DNA of 64,000 nt from Spirochaetia bacterium (GCA_965208575.1 CBDBOV010000006.1:384001-448000); one strand, 5' to 3'. Positions 41,612-54,027 are shown, counted from the first letter of the stretch. The notes: generated by a model not told the origin, from the letters alone. A program made the numbers and translations.

Positions 41612-43306
41612 CTACATCCGCTCGAGTGGTTCGATTCCCAGGATTCCGAGACAGTTCGCCAGTACCTGGCGGGTTGCCGCCGCCAGCAGCAGCCGTGCCT
41701 CGCGCAACGGCGAAGCCTCCTGCAGGATCGGGCAGGCGTGGTAGAAGGAGGAGAACTGCCGCGCCACGGCAAAGGCGTAGCCGGCAATCACGTGCGGGCT
41801 GCGCACCCGTAACGCGCGCGCCACCTGGTCCGGCATCTCGTCGAGCAGCTTGACCAGCGCCGTCTCCGGCTCCGCTTCGAGCACACTGAAGTCGGCGCCG
41901 GCCGGCAGTTCCCTGCCGTACTTGCGCAGGATGGAGCAGATGCGTGCGTGGCTGTACAGCAGGTAGGGGCCGCTCTCGCCCTCGAACGACATCGCGGAGT
42001 CCCATTTGAACACCACCTGCTTGTCGTTGGCCACGCGCAGGAACGAGTACTTGAGTGCGCTGTACGCCACCGCCTTGGCGACCGCCGGATCGGCGTCATG
42101 CCCGCGCTTGCGCAGTTCCGCCGCCGCCTTGCTCTTGGCCTCGGCGGCGAAGTCCTCCAACAGCACCAGGTTGCCCTGCCGGCTCGACATCGAGCCTTCG
42201 CCGAGCAGCACGAAACTGTAGTGCACGGCCGCCGGCGCGCCGGCCCCAAGCACCGACAGCGCCGCCTGCAACTGGCGATGGTACAGTTTCTGGTCCTCGC
42301 CGAGCACCACCAGGTTGAGATCGGCGGCGGCAGCTACCTTGTCGAGCGTGTACGCCATGTCGCGCAACACGTACAGCGAGGTCTTGTTGCCGCGGGTGAT
42401 CACCAGCACCGGGTTGCGCGACGGCAGATCGAATCCCTCCAGGTTGAGCGCCAGGCGGCCATGTTCGTCCTCGAACAGGCGCCCGGTGGTGCGCAACTGT
42501 TCCACGATCTGCTGCGAGCGCTGTGGCGTGAGGTAGTCCGACTCGTAGTCGAAGGAGTCGTAGCGGACGCCGGCGTCGGCAAATACTGCGCGCATGCCGC
42601 GCACCGAAATCTCCACCACGCGCCGGAATGCCGCGCGTGCCCCGGCGTCGCCGTTCTCCAGGCGCTCCAGGAGCTGCGTCACCTGCGCGGCCAGGTCCGG
42701 GTCCGCCTGCAGCCGCCGGTTGATGTCGACGTAGATCGCCAGCAGTTCGTGAAACCCCGGGTTACGGTCGCCGACGCCGAGCACCAGCAACGCGATCTGG
42801 CGCCCGACGTCGTTCACGAAGAAACGCACCTCCAGGCGGTAGCCTTCGAAACGCAGCAGGCGCACCAGGGTGTCGCCGATCCAGGCGTTGCGCGCACGCC
42901 CAAGGTGCGGCGATGCATTCGGGTTGATGCTGGTGTGCTCCACCAGCGCACACTTGCCGGCGCCTGATCCACCGGAACCGTAGCCGGCTCCCTCGCGCAG
43001 CACGCGGTCGATCACGCGGGCAGCCACGTCGCCCCTGACGAGGTGGAAATTGAGGTACGGGCCGTGATTCTCCACGCGATTGATGCCGAATTCGGCCAAG
43101 TCGCGCGCCCGAAGCGCGTCGCGGAGCCGCTCTGCCAGCGGCACCGGGGCGATGCCGGCGTCCTTCGCCAACCGGAAGCAGGGTACCGAGTAGTCGCCCA
43201 TGGCGCTGTCCGGTGGGGTGGACAGCGGCACCTCGACCTCTTTCTCCAGCGCCTCGCAGACGAGGCCGGCTATGGTATCGGTCACTTCCGCCACGGTGGC
43301 GCGCAC
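41612..43306 (-). CDS. argS: Arginine--tRNA ligase
   Basis: EHTSINPNASPHLGRARN, MSSRQG, GESGPYLLYSHARICSIL and C-terminal PLERM. Confidence 0.95.
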   Translation of the reverse strand: MRATVAEVTDTIAGLVCEALEKEVEVPLSTPPDSAMGDYSVPCFRLAKDAGIAPVPLAERLRDALRARDLAEFGINRVENHGPYLNFHLVRGDVAARVIDRVLREGAGYGSGGSGAGKCALVEHTSINPNASPHLGRARNAWIGDTLVRLLRFEGYRLEVRFFVNDVGRQIALLVLGVGDRNPGFHELLAIYVDINRRLQADPDLAAQVTQLLERLENGDAGARAAFRRVVEISVRGMRAVFADAGVRYDSFDYESDYLTPQRSQQIVEQLRTTGRLFEDEHGRLALNLEGFDLPSRNPVLVITRGNKTSLYVLRDMAYTLDKVAAAADLNLVVLGEDQKLYHRQLQAALSVLGAGAPAAVHYSFVLLGEGSMSSRQGNLVLLEDFAAEAKSKAAAELRKRGHDADPAVAKAVAYSALKYSFLRVANDKQVVFKWDSAMSFEGESGPYLLYSHARICSILRKYGRELPAGADFSVLEAEPETALVKLLDEMPDQVARALRVRSPHVIAGYAFAVARQFSSFYHACPILQEASPLREARLLLAAATRQVLANCLGILGIEPLERM

Positions 43307-43354
43307 CTTACCCGAAGCGCCGCCGCCGGCACAACAACCGGCTGCCTCGCATGG

Positions 43355-43363
43355 TGGTATAAT
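43355..43363 (+). promoter_or_regulatory. Extended -10 promoter element
   Basis: TGGTATAAT, about 25 bp upstream of ATG 43388. Confidence 0.6.
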
Positions 43364-43387
43364 GCATGCCGACGGAGCAGGAGCACG

Positions 43388-43789
43388 ATGAGCGCGTACA
43401 GGGTAAACGTGGTGGCGGTGAATCCGAAGAACGAGGACGTCGTCACCTCGCCGATCAATGCATTGGTCGATACGGGATCCGAGCTGACCTGGCTGCCGGG
43501 CGGCGAGTTAACCGCCATCGGCATCGCCCCGCGGCGCACGCGCACCTTCATCACCGCGTCACGAGAACGCCTGCAGCGCGAGGTCGGGTACGCCATCGTG
43601 CGCGCGGAGGGACACGAGACCACCGACGAGGTGGTATTCGGCGAGAAAGGCGACCAGGTGTTGCTCGGCGTCCGCACGCTGGAGGGCTTTTCGGTGACCG
43701 TCGACCCGATCGGCCACCGGCTGGTGGCGCAGGCCACGCTTGCGTGCGGCGCCGCCCGCCAACGGCAGTCAACGGAGAGCGGGCGGTAG
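43388..43789 (+). CDS. Retropepsin-like (clan AA) aspartyl protease
   Basis: ALVDTGS and LLGVRTLE; AGGAG RBS. Confidence 0.85.
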   Translation: MSAYRVNVVAVNPKNEDVVTSPINALVDTGSELTWLPGGELTAIGIAPRRTRTFITASRERLQREVGYAIVRAEGHETTDEVVFGEKGDQVLLGVRTLEGFSVTVDPIGHRLVAQATLACGAARQRQSTESGR

Positions 43790-43846
43790 TTAACGGCGCA
43801 TGGCGCCGGCTTGCGCGGCGGTGTGCGAGGGGTCATGATGCGGGCC

Positions 43847-44698
43847 ATGGCACAAGGCAACGGCAGACTGGCAGGGAAGGTGGCGATCGTGACCGGCGGC
43901 ACCAGCGGCATGGGCGAAGCGACGGTCGACAAGTACGTGGCTGAGGGGGCGCGGGTGATGATCGCCGGGCGGCGCGAAGACGCCGGCAACGCGATCGTGG
44001 CGCGGCTCGGCGCGAATGCCGCGTTCACCCGCACCGACGTGACCCGGGAGGCGGAGGTGGAGCGGCTGGTGGCGGCCACCGTGGAACGCTGGGGGCGTGT
44101 GGACATCCTGTTCAACAACGCCGGCTCGGGCCACGCCTACCGGCTGGTGGAGGAGTTCGACGCCGACGAGTTCCTGAACCAGGTGTGGACGCTGGTCGGC
44201 TCCTGCTTCCTGGCCGTCAAGTACGCGGCGCCGATCATGAAGCGGCAGGGCGCCGGCAGCATCATCAACAACGGCAGCACGGCGGGGGTGACCACCGACG
44301 GCTCGTCGGCCGACTACTCGGCCTGCAAGGCGGGCATGATCCAGGTGACCAAGGTGTGGGCCACCGAGCTGATTTCGCACGGCGTGCGCGTGAACTGCAT
44401 CTCGCCCGGGGCGATCACCACGCCGATCTTCTGGGGCGGCGCCGGTACCCAGACCGAAGAGGAGAACCGCGCCCGGATGGAGCGGCTGGACCGCTGGTGG
44501 ATCGAGAACCGCCCGCAGAACCGGCCCGGCCATCCCGACGACATCGCGCACGCCGCGGTGTTCCTCGGCAGCGACGAGAGCCTGCATATCAGCGGCCACA
44601 ACCTGATGGTCGACGTCGGCTCCACCGTCACCAGAGGAGCGTTCGAGGAACTCCAGGCCATGAAAACCGAACGCGAGCGCGTCATCGCCGGCGCATGA
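43847..44698 (+). CDS. Short-chain dehydrogenase/reductase
   Basis: Motifs TGGTSGMG, NNAG, YSACK and VNCISPG. Confidence 0.92.
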   Translation: MAQGNGRLAGKVAIVTGGTSGMGEATVDKYVAEGARVMIAGRREDAGNAIVARLGANAAFTRTDVTREAEVERLVAATVERWGRVDILFNNAGSGHAYRLVEEFDADEFLNQVWTLVGSCFLAVKYAAPIMKRQGAGSIINNGSTAGVTTDGSSADYSACKAGMIQVTKVWATELISHGVRVNCISPGAITTPIFWGGAGTQTEEENRARMERLDRWWIENRPQNRPGHPDDIAHAAVFLGSDESLHISGHNLMVDVGSTVTRGAFEELQAMKTERERVIAGA

Positions 44699-44747
44699 CC
44701 CGCGAGGCGCGCCACGCCCTCGCGCGCCGGATGACTCGGCGGTCCGT

Positions 44748-46001
44748 TCAGGCGGCGCCGTCGGCGTAGCGGCGGAAGGCGAGCACGGCGTTGTGGCCGC
44801 CAAAGCCGAACGAGTTGGAGATGGCGGCGCGGATCGAGCCGGGCCGGCCGGTGTTGGCCACGTAGTCCAGGTCGCAGCCGGGGTCGGGCTCCTCCTGGTT
44901 GATGGTGGGCGGGAAGAACTGCTCGTGCACGGCGAGGGCGGTGGTGATCGCCTCGATGGCGCCGGCCGCGCCGAGCAGGTGGCCGACCATCGACTTGGTG
45001 GATGACACCTTCAGTGCGGCGGCGTGGTCGCCGAACACCTCCTTGATCGCCGCCGTCTCGGTGACGTCGTTGAGTTGCGTGGAGGTGCCGTGCGCGTTGA
45101 CGTAGTCCACCTCCGCGGCCTGCAGGCCGCCGGTGGTGAGCGCCATGCGCATCGCGTTGACGGCGCCGCGCCCCTGCGGATGGGGCGCGGTGAGGTGGTT
45201 GGCGTCGCAGGTGGCGCCGTAGCCCGCGAGTTCCGCGTAGATGCGGGCACCGCGCCGCCGGGCGTGCTCCAGCTCTTCCAATATCAGCACCCCGGCGCCC
45301 TCGCCGATCACGAAGCCGTCGCGGCGGCCGTCGAACGGACGGCTCGCCTGCTCGGGCGCATCGTTGTAGCGGGTGCTGACCGCCTTCAGCGCACAGAAAC
45401 CGGCCACCGACAGCGGGGTGACCGGCGCCTCGGTGCCGCCGCCCAGGATCACGTCGGTGGCGCCGTCCTTGATCCACCGGTATGCCTCCCCGATGGCGTC
45501 GTTGGCGGAGGCGCACGCCGACACCACGGTATAGGAGGGACCGCGCGCGTTGATGCGAATGGCGATGTGGCCGGCGGCGATGTTGCTGATCATCTTCGGC
45601 ACCAGCAGCGGGTGCACTCCCTTGGGACCGCGCTTGAACAGGTGCGCGAATTCCGACTCCAGGGTGTCCAGCCCGCCGAAGCCGACCCCGAGCAGGACGC
45701 CGGTGCGGTCCGGATCGAGCGCCTCGGGGGCCAGGCCGGCGTCTTCGAGCGCCTGCACCGCCGACACGATGGCGTAGCGCGAGAAGATGTCCATGCGCCG
45801 CGCCTCGCGCGACTCCAATATGCCGCGATCACTGAAATCGGGAATCTCGCCCGCGATCCGGGCGCCGAAGTCGCTGGCGTCGAACCGGGTGATCGGACCG
45901 ATGCCCGACTCGCCCGCCTTGGCCCGCCGCCAGAAGGCGTCCGCATCGGTGGCCAGGGGATTGACCGTTCCGAGACCGGTGACTACCACGCGCCTGCTCA
46001 T
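44748..46001 (-). CDS. fabF: Beta-ketoacyl-ACP synthase II
   Basis: RRVVVTGLG and the Cys-His-His triad (SACAS, HGTST, GHLLGA). Confidence 0.96.
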   Translation of the reverse strand: MSRRVVVTGLGTVNPLATDADAFWRRAKAGESGIGPITRFDASDFGARIAGEIPDFSDRGILESREARRMDIFSRYAIVSAVQALEDAGLAPEALDPDRTGVLLGVGFGGLDTLESEFAHLFKRGPKGVHPLLVPKMISNIAAGHIAIRINARGPSYTVVSACASANDAIGEAYRWIKDGATDVILGGGTEAPVTPLSVAGFCALKAVSTRYNDAPEQASRPFDGRRDGFVIGEGAGVLILEELEHARRRGARIYAELAGYGATCDANHLTAPHPQGRGAVNAMRMALTTGGLQAAEVDYVNAHGTSTQLNDVTETAAIKEVFGDHAAALKVSSTKSMVGHLLGAAGAIEAITTALAVHEQFFPPTINQEEPDPGCDLDYVANTGRPGSIRAAISNSFGFGGHNAVLAFRRYADGAA

Positions 46002-46026
46002 CTTCCCCTCCTCATGCAACTGCTTT

Positions 46027-46776
46027 TCAGATCGCCAGTCCGCCGTCTACCTGCAACACCTGACCGGTAATGTACGACGCGCGGTCGCCGGCGAGAAAGC
46101 CGACCAGTTCCGCTACGTCCCCCGCGGTTCCGGTGCGTTTCAAGGGAATCAGGTCGAGCACGGCCTGACGTACCGCCTCGTTCATGGAGCGGGTCATGTC
46201 GGTGTCGATATACCCCGGGGCCACCACGTTGACGCGCACGCCGCGGCCGGCCACCTCCTTGGCGAGGCTCTTGGAGAACCCGATGATGCCCGCCTTGGAC
46301 GCCGCGTAGTTGGTCTGTCCCGGGTTGCCGTGCAGACCGGTAACCGAGGAAATGTTGACGATCGATCCGGCGCGCGCCCGCACCATGCTGCGCACCACCT
46401 GGCGGCAGGTCACGAAGGTGGCGGTCAGGTTGGCCACCAGCACGGCGTCCCAGTCGGCGCGTTTCATGCGCATCACCAGCCCGTCGCGGGTGATGCCGGC
46501 GTTGTTGACCAGCACGTCGACGCGCCCCTGTTCCTCCAGCACCGCGTCGACCGCGCCGGCCGTGGCCTCCTCGTCGGTGACGTCGATCTGCCGCCAGTGT
46601 ACCGCTGTTCCGCGCTCGGCGGCGCACCGCTCCCATTCCGCCTGCTTCTCGGCGGGCGAACGGGACAGGTAATAGACGGTCGCCGCCTCGCGCAGCAGCG
46701 TCGCCACCACCGCCGCGCCGATACCGCGCGAGCCGCCGGTAACCAGGGCGATCCTCCCGCTCAGTTCCCCTCCCAT
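46027..46776 (-). CDS. fabG: 3-oxoacyl-ACP reductase
   Basis: Motifs TGGSRGIG, NNAGITRD and NYAASK. Confidence 0.95.
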   Translation of the reverse strand: MGGELSGRIALVTGGSRGIGAAVVATLLREAATVYYLSRSPAEKQAEWERCAAERGTAVHWRQIDVTDEEATAGAVDAVLEEQGRVDVLVNNAGITRDGLVMRMKRADWDAVLVANLTATFVTCRQVVRSMVRARAGSIVNISSVTGLHGNPGQTNYAASKAGIIGFSKSLAKEVAGRGVRVNVVAPGYIDTDMTRSMNEAVRQAVLDLIPLKRTGTAGDVAELVGFLAGDRASYITGQVLQVDGGLAI

Positions 46777-46779
46777 CGT

Positions 46780-47712
46780 CTACTCCCCCGCCGCCAGCGC
46801 GTCGACCTGTTCCATGGTGCCCACCGGCGTGCATGAAGCGTCGGCGTCGAAGCCGCGCATCAGCCCGGTCAACACCCTGCCGGGTCCGGTCTCCAGGAAG
46901 CGTCCGAAGCCGTCCTCGACCAGGCTGTTGATCTCCGTTACCCACTGCACGCTGGAGACGATCTGCTGCACGCACAGCCGCTTCGCCTCGGCGCCGCCGG
47001 CGATGCGCCTACCGGTGACGTTCGCGTAAACCGGGCGGGCCGGATCGTGGAACGTGAAGGCGGCCACCACCTCGGCGAACCGCACGCGCGCGGACTCGAT
47101 CAATGGCGAATGAAACGGACCGGACACCTTCAGCGCCACGAAGCGGCGCGCGCCGGCGGCCGTGCACGCCTGCTCGGCTGCCGCCAGCCCCTCGGCGGTG
47201 CCGGCCAGCACCACCTGTGCCGGGCTGGAGAAGTTGGCGGCCCAGGCGCCGTCCACGCCGGCGAGCGCCGCGGTCACGCGTTCCGGGGCCAGGCCGATCA
47301 CCGCGGCCATGCCGGCCGGCCCGGCAGCCGTATCGGCGCCGCGGCTGGCGGCTTCCATCGCCTCGCCGCGCGCCTGCACGATGCGAAACAGGTCGCCGTC
47401 GGCGATCACCCCGGCGGCGGCCAGGGCGGCATACTCACCGACCGAAAAGCCGGCGTAGCCGTGCGCCTCGATGCCGCGCTCCGCGAGCACCCTGGCAACC
47501 GCCAGGTTGACCAGGGTTACGGCGATCTGCGTCCGGTTGGTGGCCTGCAGATCCTCCGCGCTGCCGCGAAACAGCAACGCCTCCAGGTCCAGGCCGGTGG
47601 CGTCGGACGCCTGGGCAAACAACTCCCGGACGCCCGCGCTGGCCTCGAACAGGTCCTTGCCCATGCCGGGATACTGAGCGCCCTGTCCGGGAAACAAAAA
47701 ACAGGTCTTCAT
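46780..47712 (-). CDS. fabD: Malonyl-CoA:ACP transacylase
   Basis: Motifs FPGQGAQ, GFSVGEY and VSGPFHS. Confidence 0.93.
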   Translation of the reverse strand: MKTCFLFPGQGAQYPGMGKDLFEASAGVRELFAQASDATGLDLEALLFRGSAEDLQATNRTQIAVTLVNLAVARVLAERGIEAHGYAGFSVGEYAALAAAGVIADGDLFRIVQARGEAMEAASRGADTAAGPAGMAAVIGLAPERVTAALAGVDGAWAANFSSPAQVVLAGTAEGLAAAEQACTAAGARRFVALKVSGPFHSPLIESARVRFAEVVAAFTFHDPARPVYANVTGRRIAGGAEAKRLCVQQIVSSVQWVTEINSLVEDGFGRFLETGPGRVLTGLMRGFDADASCTPVGTMEQVDALAAGE

Positions 47713-47813
47713 GGTTCAGGGGGACGGCCTCCGGCGCGGGCCCGGCAAGCCGCCGGCCAGCGCCGCGGGGCAGAGCCGGCTTTCGGTTTCGGGACTACCC
47801 GTACGTCGCGCGC

Positions 47814-47842
47814 AAAGTACCACGGCCGCCCCGCCGCGTCAA
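47814..47842 (-). promoter_or_regulatory. Sigma70-type promoter of fabD-fabG-fabF
   Basis: TTGACG-N17-TACTTT with TG extension on the minus strand. Confidence 0.6.
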
Positions 47843-47932
47843 ACCGCGAACGGGACGGCCGCCCCCTGGGGCTGCGCGAACGGTCATGCTCGACTCCTCG
47901 GAGCAAGTTCGGGACAGACCGCCGTGCTTCGC

Positions 47933-50155
<2,223 letters not shown>

Positions 50156-50186
50156 TCAACTCTCGGGCGAGCACCGCGAGATCGAT

Positions 50187-51518
50187 TCAGCGGCGCTCCT
50201 CCGGGATCAGGCCGCGCGGTGCGAAGCGCAGCACGAGCAGCAGGACCACCCCCATCACGACCGGACGCATGTGGGCCGCGCTGGCAAGCAGGTGCCCCTT
50301 GAGCGGGCTCTCGGGCGCCATCGGGGCGGTGACCAGCTCCATCATCTGGAGGCCGACCGGCTCCGCCTGAATCCATACGTACCAGATCAGGAAGCCGCCG
50401 AGCACGGCGCCCCAGTTGTTGCCCGAGCCGCCCACGATCACCATCACCCAGATCAGAAAGGTAAAGCGCATCGGCTGGTAGGAGGCGGGCGTGAACTGGC
50501 CGTCGAGCGTGGTCAGCATGGCGCCGGCGATGCCGATGACCGCCGAGCCGAGCACGAACACCTGCAGGTGGCGGGCGGTGACATCCTTGCCCATGGCGCG
50601 GGCGGCGGTCTCGTTGTCGCGAACGGCGCGCATCATGCGGCCCCACGGCGAGCGCAGCGCGGTCTCCGACAGCCAGGTGAGAATCACCAGCACGAGCAGG
50701 AACAGGCCGGCGTAGCACAGCTTCACGACGATCGAGGACAGGTCCACCTCGGACACGCCGAGCGCCGCGGCCCACTCGCCGAACCACGCCGCGTTCTGCA
50801 GGTCGATCTCGTAGGGAACCGGCCGCGGCAGGCCGGTAACGTTCTTGACCCCGCGCGTCAGCCACTCCTCGTACTTGAGGATGGCGACGATGATCTCCGC
50901 GATGCCCAGGGTGGCGATGGCGAGGTAGTCGGACCGGAGGCTGAGGCTGATCTTGCACACCCAGGCCGCCGCGGCGGCGAACGCGCCACCGACCAGCCAG
51001 GCTGCGACGATCGGCAGGCCGAGGCCGCCAAGGTAGCCGGTGACGGTAGGATCGATCGCTTCAACCGCCTCCACGGCGGGCGCGAACACGGCACGAGCGG
51101 CCAGGGCGCCGCCGATCACGATCAGCGCGACCGCCAGCCGCCGATACCCCGGCCGGCCGAGACGGCGGCGCGCGAACAGCACCGCGAGCACGGTGACCGC
51201 GGCCAGCGCCAGCCCGACCAGCACGCCGCCGCCGCCGGCACGCCACGCGTCGGCCACCGGCGGCATGGAGACCAGGACGCCGGCCAGCCCGCCGAGCGCG
51301 GCGAAGCCCATCACGCCGGCGTTGAACAGGCCCGCGTAGCCCCACTGGATGTTGACCCCGAGCGTCATGATCGCCGAGATCAGGCACAGGTTGAGGATCG
51401 CCAGCGCCAGCGACCAGCTCTGCACCAGGCCCACCAGGCAGACGAGTGCCGCCATGGCCGCGAACAGGACCGGCTTGCGGGGGGCCCGCGCCAGCCACGA
51501 ACCGACCCGCGCGCTCAC
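50187..51518 (-). CDS. livM: HAAT (Liv-type) ABC transporter permease, LivM-like
   Basis: LGVNIQWGYAGLFN, LRSDYLAIATLG and SPWGRMMRAVRDNE; GTG start overlaps the livH stop. Confidence 0.9.
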   Translation of the reverse strand: MSARVGSWLARAPRKPVLFAAMAALVCLVGLVQSWSLALAILNLCLISAIMTLGVNIQWGYAGLFNAGVMGFAALGGLAGVLVSMPPVADAWRAGGGGVLVGLALAAVTVLAVLFARRRLGRPGYRRLAVALIVIGGALAARAVFAPAVEAVEAIDPTVTGYLGGLGLPIVAAWLVGGAFAAAAAWVCKISLSLRSDYLAIATLGIAEIIVAILKYEEWLTRGVKNVTGLPRPVPYEIDLQNAAWFGEWAAALGVSEVDLSSIVVKLCYAGLFLLVLVILTWLSETALRSPWGRMMRAVRDNETAARAMGKDVTARHLQVFVLGSAVIGIAGAMLTTLDGQFTPASYQPMRFTFLIWVMVIVGGSGNNWGAVLGGFLIWYVWIQAEPVGLQMMELVTAPMAPESPLKGHLLASAAHMRPVVMGVVLLLVLRFAPRGLIPEERR

Positions 51519-52528
51519 GTGGACTTGCCCCCGAAGATGCCGGTGGGCCGTACCAGCAGCACCACGACCAGGATGCAGAACGACACCGCGAACTTGTAGT
51601 CGGTGGACAGCAGTTGCACCAGGCCCTCCGGCCGCCAGCCCTCCGGTCCCAGGTAGCCGAGGAACTTCTTGTAGGGATAGGTGAGCAGCACCTCCGAGAA
51701 CGCCACCACGAAACCGCCCGCGATGGCGCCGAGCGGACTGCCCAGGCCGCCGACGATGGCGGCCGCGAAGATCGGCAGCAGCAGCGACAGGTAGACGAAC
51801 GGCTTGAAGCTCTTGTCCAGGCCGTACAGGGTCCCGGCCACCGCGGCGAGGGCGCCGACGATGATCCAGGTGACCGCCACCACCCGTTCCGGGTTGATAC
51901 CGGACAGCAGCGCCAGGTCCTCGTTGTCCGAGTAGGCGCGCATCGACTTGCCGGTGCGGGTTGCGCCGAGGAACCAGAACAGCCACAGCACCAGGATCGC
52001 GGTCGCCGCGACCGTGATCGTCTGCGTGGTCTTGATGGCCAGTCCCTCGCGCAGCCCGGTGGCTTCCTTGAACTGGCGCACGCTGACCACGAACCGCGTG
52101 CCGTCGGTGAACACCTGGTCGTCGGGGCCGATCACGAACCGGATCAGCCCGTTCAGGACGAACATGACGCCCACCGATGCCACCATCAGGATGACCGGCG
52201 CGGCCTTCCGGCGACGGTAGAAGCGGTACACCCAGCGATCGGTCACCAGGCACAGGACGCCGCCGGCCGCCATCCCTGCCGGGAGGGCCAGCAGCGCGGT
52301 GGGCAGGGGCGCGATGCCGACCTGCCACGATTGCAGCAGCCAGGTCACGAGAATGGTGGCCATGGCACCGAACGCCATGGTCTCGCCGTGGGCGAAGTTC
52401 GAGAAGCGCAGCACGCCGTACACCAGCGTGACGCCGAGGGCGCCGAGGGCGAGCTGGCACCCGTAGACGGTGGCGGGCACGAGCACGAAGTTGGCCAGGA
52501 GCACCACCGCGTTGACGAGGTCGGTCAT
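51515..52528 (-). CDS. livH: HAAT ABC transporter permease, LivH-like
   Basis: LVYGVLRFSNFAHG and TGKSMRAYSDNEDLA. Confidence 0.9.
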   Translation of the reverse strand: MTDLVNAVVLLANFVLVPATVYGCQLALGALGVTLVYGVLRFSNFAHGETMAFGAMATILVTWLLQSWQVGIAPLPTALLALPAGMAAGGVLCLVTDRWVYRFYRRRKAAPVILMVASVGVMFVLNGLIRFVIGPDDQVFTDGTRFVVSVRQFKEATGLREGLAIKTTQTITVAATAILVLWLFWFLGATRTGKSMRAYSDNEDLALLSGINPERVVAVTWIIVGALAAVAGTLYGLDKSFKPFVYLSLLLPIFAAAIVGGLGSPLGAIAGGFVVAFSEVLLTYPYKKFLGYLGPEGWRPEGLVQLLSTDYKFAVSFCILVVVLLVRPTGIFGGKST

Positions 52529-52531
52529 CGG

Positions 52532-53236
52532 TCAGCCCCCCAGAAAGGAACGGCGAATCTCGGCGTCCGCCAGCAATTCGCCGCCCGGGCCGGTGTGGCG
52601 GTTGCGGCCCTGCACCAGCACGAACCCGGTATCGGCCAGTGCCAGCGCCTGGCGGGCATTCTGCTCGACGATGAGGACCGCGACGCCGGCGGCGGCGATG
52701 TCGACGATGCGTTCGAACAGCTCCTTGGTGACGATCGGCGACACGCCGGCGGTGGGCTCGTCGAGCATCAGCACGCGCGGCCGGTTCATCAGTGCGCGCC
52801 CGATCGCCACCTGCTGGCGCTGGCCGCCGGACAGCTCGCCCGCCGCCTGGCGGCGCTTCTCGCGCAGCACCGGAAACAGGCGATACACCTCGTTCAGGGT
52901 GCCGGAGATGTCGTCGTCGCGGATGAACGCGCCCATCTCCAGGTTCTCCTGCACGGTCATCGACCGGAACACGTTGTCGGTCTGCGGCACGAAGCCCATG
53001 CCCCTGCGCGCCCGCGCCTGCGGCGCCAGCGCGGTGATCTCCTCGCCACCGAGATGCACGCTGCCGGCGCGCAGGTTCAGCAGCCCGAACAGCGCCTTCA
53101 TGGCGGTCGACTTGCCGGCGCCGTTGGGCCCCACCACCACCGCGATCTCGCCCTCGTCCACGGCCAGGGAACAGCCGCGCAGAATGTCGGGACCGCCGTA
53201 GCCGCCGGTCAGCGCCTCGCCCTCCAACAGGCTCAT
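52532..53236 (-). CDS. livF: HAAT ABC transporter ATPase, LivF-like
   Basis: Motifs GPNGAGKST, LSGGQ, LDEP and VEQN. Confidence 0.92.
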   Translation of the reverse strand: MSLLEGEALTGGYGGPDILRGCSLAVDEGEIAVVVGPNGAGKSTAMKALFGLLNLRAGSVHLGGEEITALAPQARARRGMGFVPQTDNVFRSMTVQENLEMGAFIRDDDISGTLNEVYRLFPVLREKRRQAAGELSGGQRQQVAIGRALMNRPRVLMLDEPTAGVSPIVTKELFERIVDIAAAGVAVLIVEQNARQALALADTGFVLVQGRNRHTGPGGELLADAEIRRSFLGG

Positions 53237-54027
53237 GCCCGAACTCCGGCGCTGCGCCCGTCGCGGGTCACCGGCCCGGAGCCGAGGTACGCCTCCACCA
53301 CCCGCTCGTCGGACTGCACCTCGGGAGCCGAGCCCTGGGTCAGCACCTTGCCTTCCACCATGACGATGACCGGGTCGCAGAGCAGGGAGATCAGCTCCAT
53401 GTCGTGCTCGATGATGCAGAACGTGTAGCCGCGATGCAGATTGAGGCGCAGAATGGCGCCGGAAATCTCCTTCAGCAGGGTGCGGTTGACCCCGGCGCCA
53501 ACCTCGTCGAGCAGCACCACGCGCGGCTCCGCCATCATGGTGCGTCCAAGTTCGACCAGCTTCTTTTGCCCGCCCGACAGGTTGCCGGCAAGCTCGTCCG
53601 CCACGGCGTCGAGCTTCAGGAACTCGATCACCTCCGCGGCCCTCGCGCGCAGCGCGGCCTCCTCGGCGCGGACCCTGCCGGGCCGAAGCCACACGTTGGG
53701 CAGGCGCTCGCCGGACTGGCCGCCGGGCACGGTCATCAGGTTCTCTCGTACCGTCAGCGTCGAGAACTCGTGCGCGATCTGGAAGGTGCGCAGCACTCCC
53801 TTGGCGAACAGCTCGTGCGGCTGCAGCCCGGTGATCTCTTCGCCGTCCAGGTACACGTGTCCGGCGGTGGGCCGGTGCACGCCGGCGATGACGTTGAACA
53901 GCGTCGTCTTGCCGGCGCCGTTGGGGCCGATCAGGCCGGTGATGGCGCCGCGCTCGATGGTGAGCGACGCGCCGTCGACGGCACGGATGCCGCCGAAGCG
54001 CATGTGCAGATCCTGTACGGAAATCAT
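53233..54027 (-). CDS. livG: HAAT ABC transporter ATPase, LivG-like
   Basis: Motifs GPNGAGKTT, RTFQ, LSGGQ and VVEAYLG. Confidence 0.92.
   Translation of the reverse strand: MISVQDLHMRFGGIRAVDGASLTIERGAITGLIGPNGAGKTTLFNVIAGVHRPTAGHVYLDGEEITGLQPHELFAKGVLRTFQIAHEFSTLTVRENLMTVPGGQSGERLPNVWLRPGRVRAEEAALRARAAEVIEFLKLDAVADELAGNLSGGQKKLVELGRTMMAEPRVVLLDEVGAGVNRTLLKEISGAILRLNLHRGYTFCIIEHDMELISLLCDPVIVMVEGKVLTQGSAPEVQSDERVVEAYLGSGPVTRDGRSAGVRA

Noticed and set aside
41575-41620. Weak gctcc/gctac repeats at the argS stop
   Set aside because: Too short and irregular to distinguish from chance by eye.
43388-43789. Retroelement, suggested by the retropepsin-like protease
   Set aside because: Stand-alone clan AA proteases are common in bacteria, and no reverse transcriptase or integrase is nearby.
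41482-44698. Integrative island at tRNA-Leu
   Set aside because: No integrase and no duplicated tRNA 3' end were seen, and the adjacent gene is the essential argS.
50940-50975. Possible lesion in livM (WVCKISL, where I would expect WVIGKI-like)
   Set aside because: The frame is intact; at most this is a one-codon indel with no evidence of inactivation.
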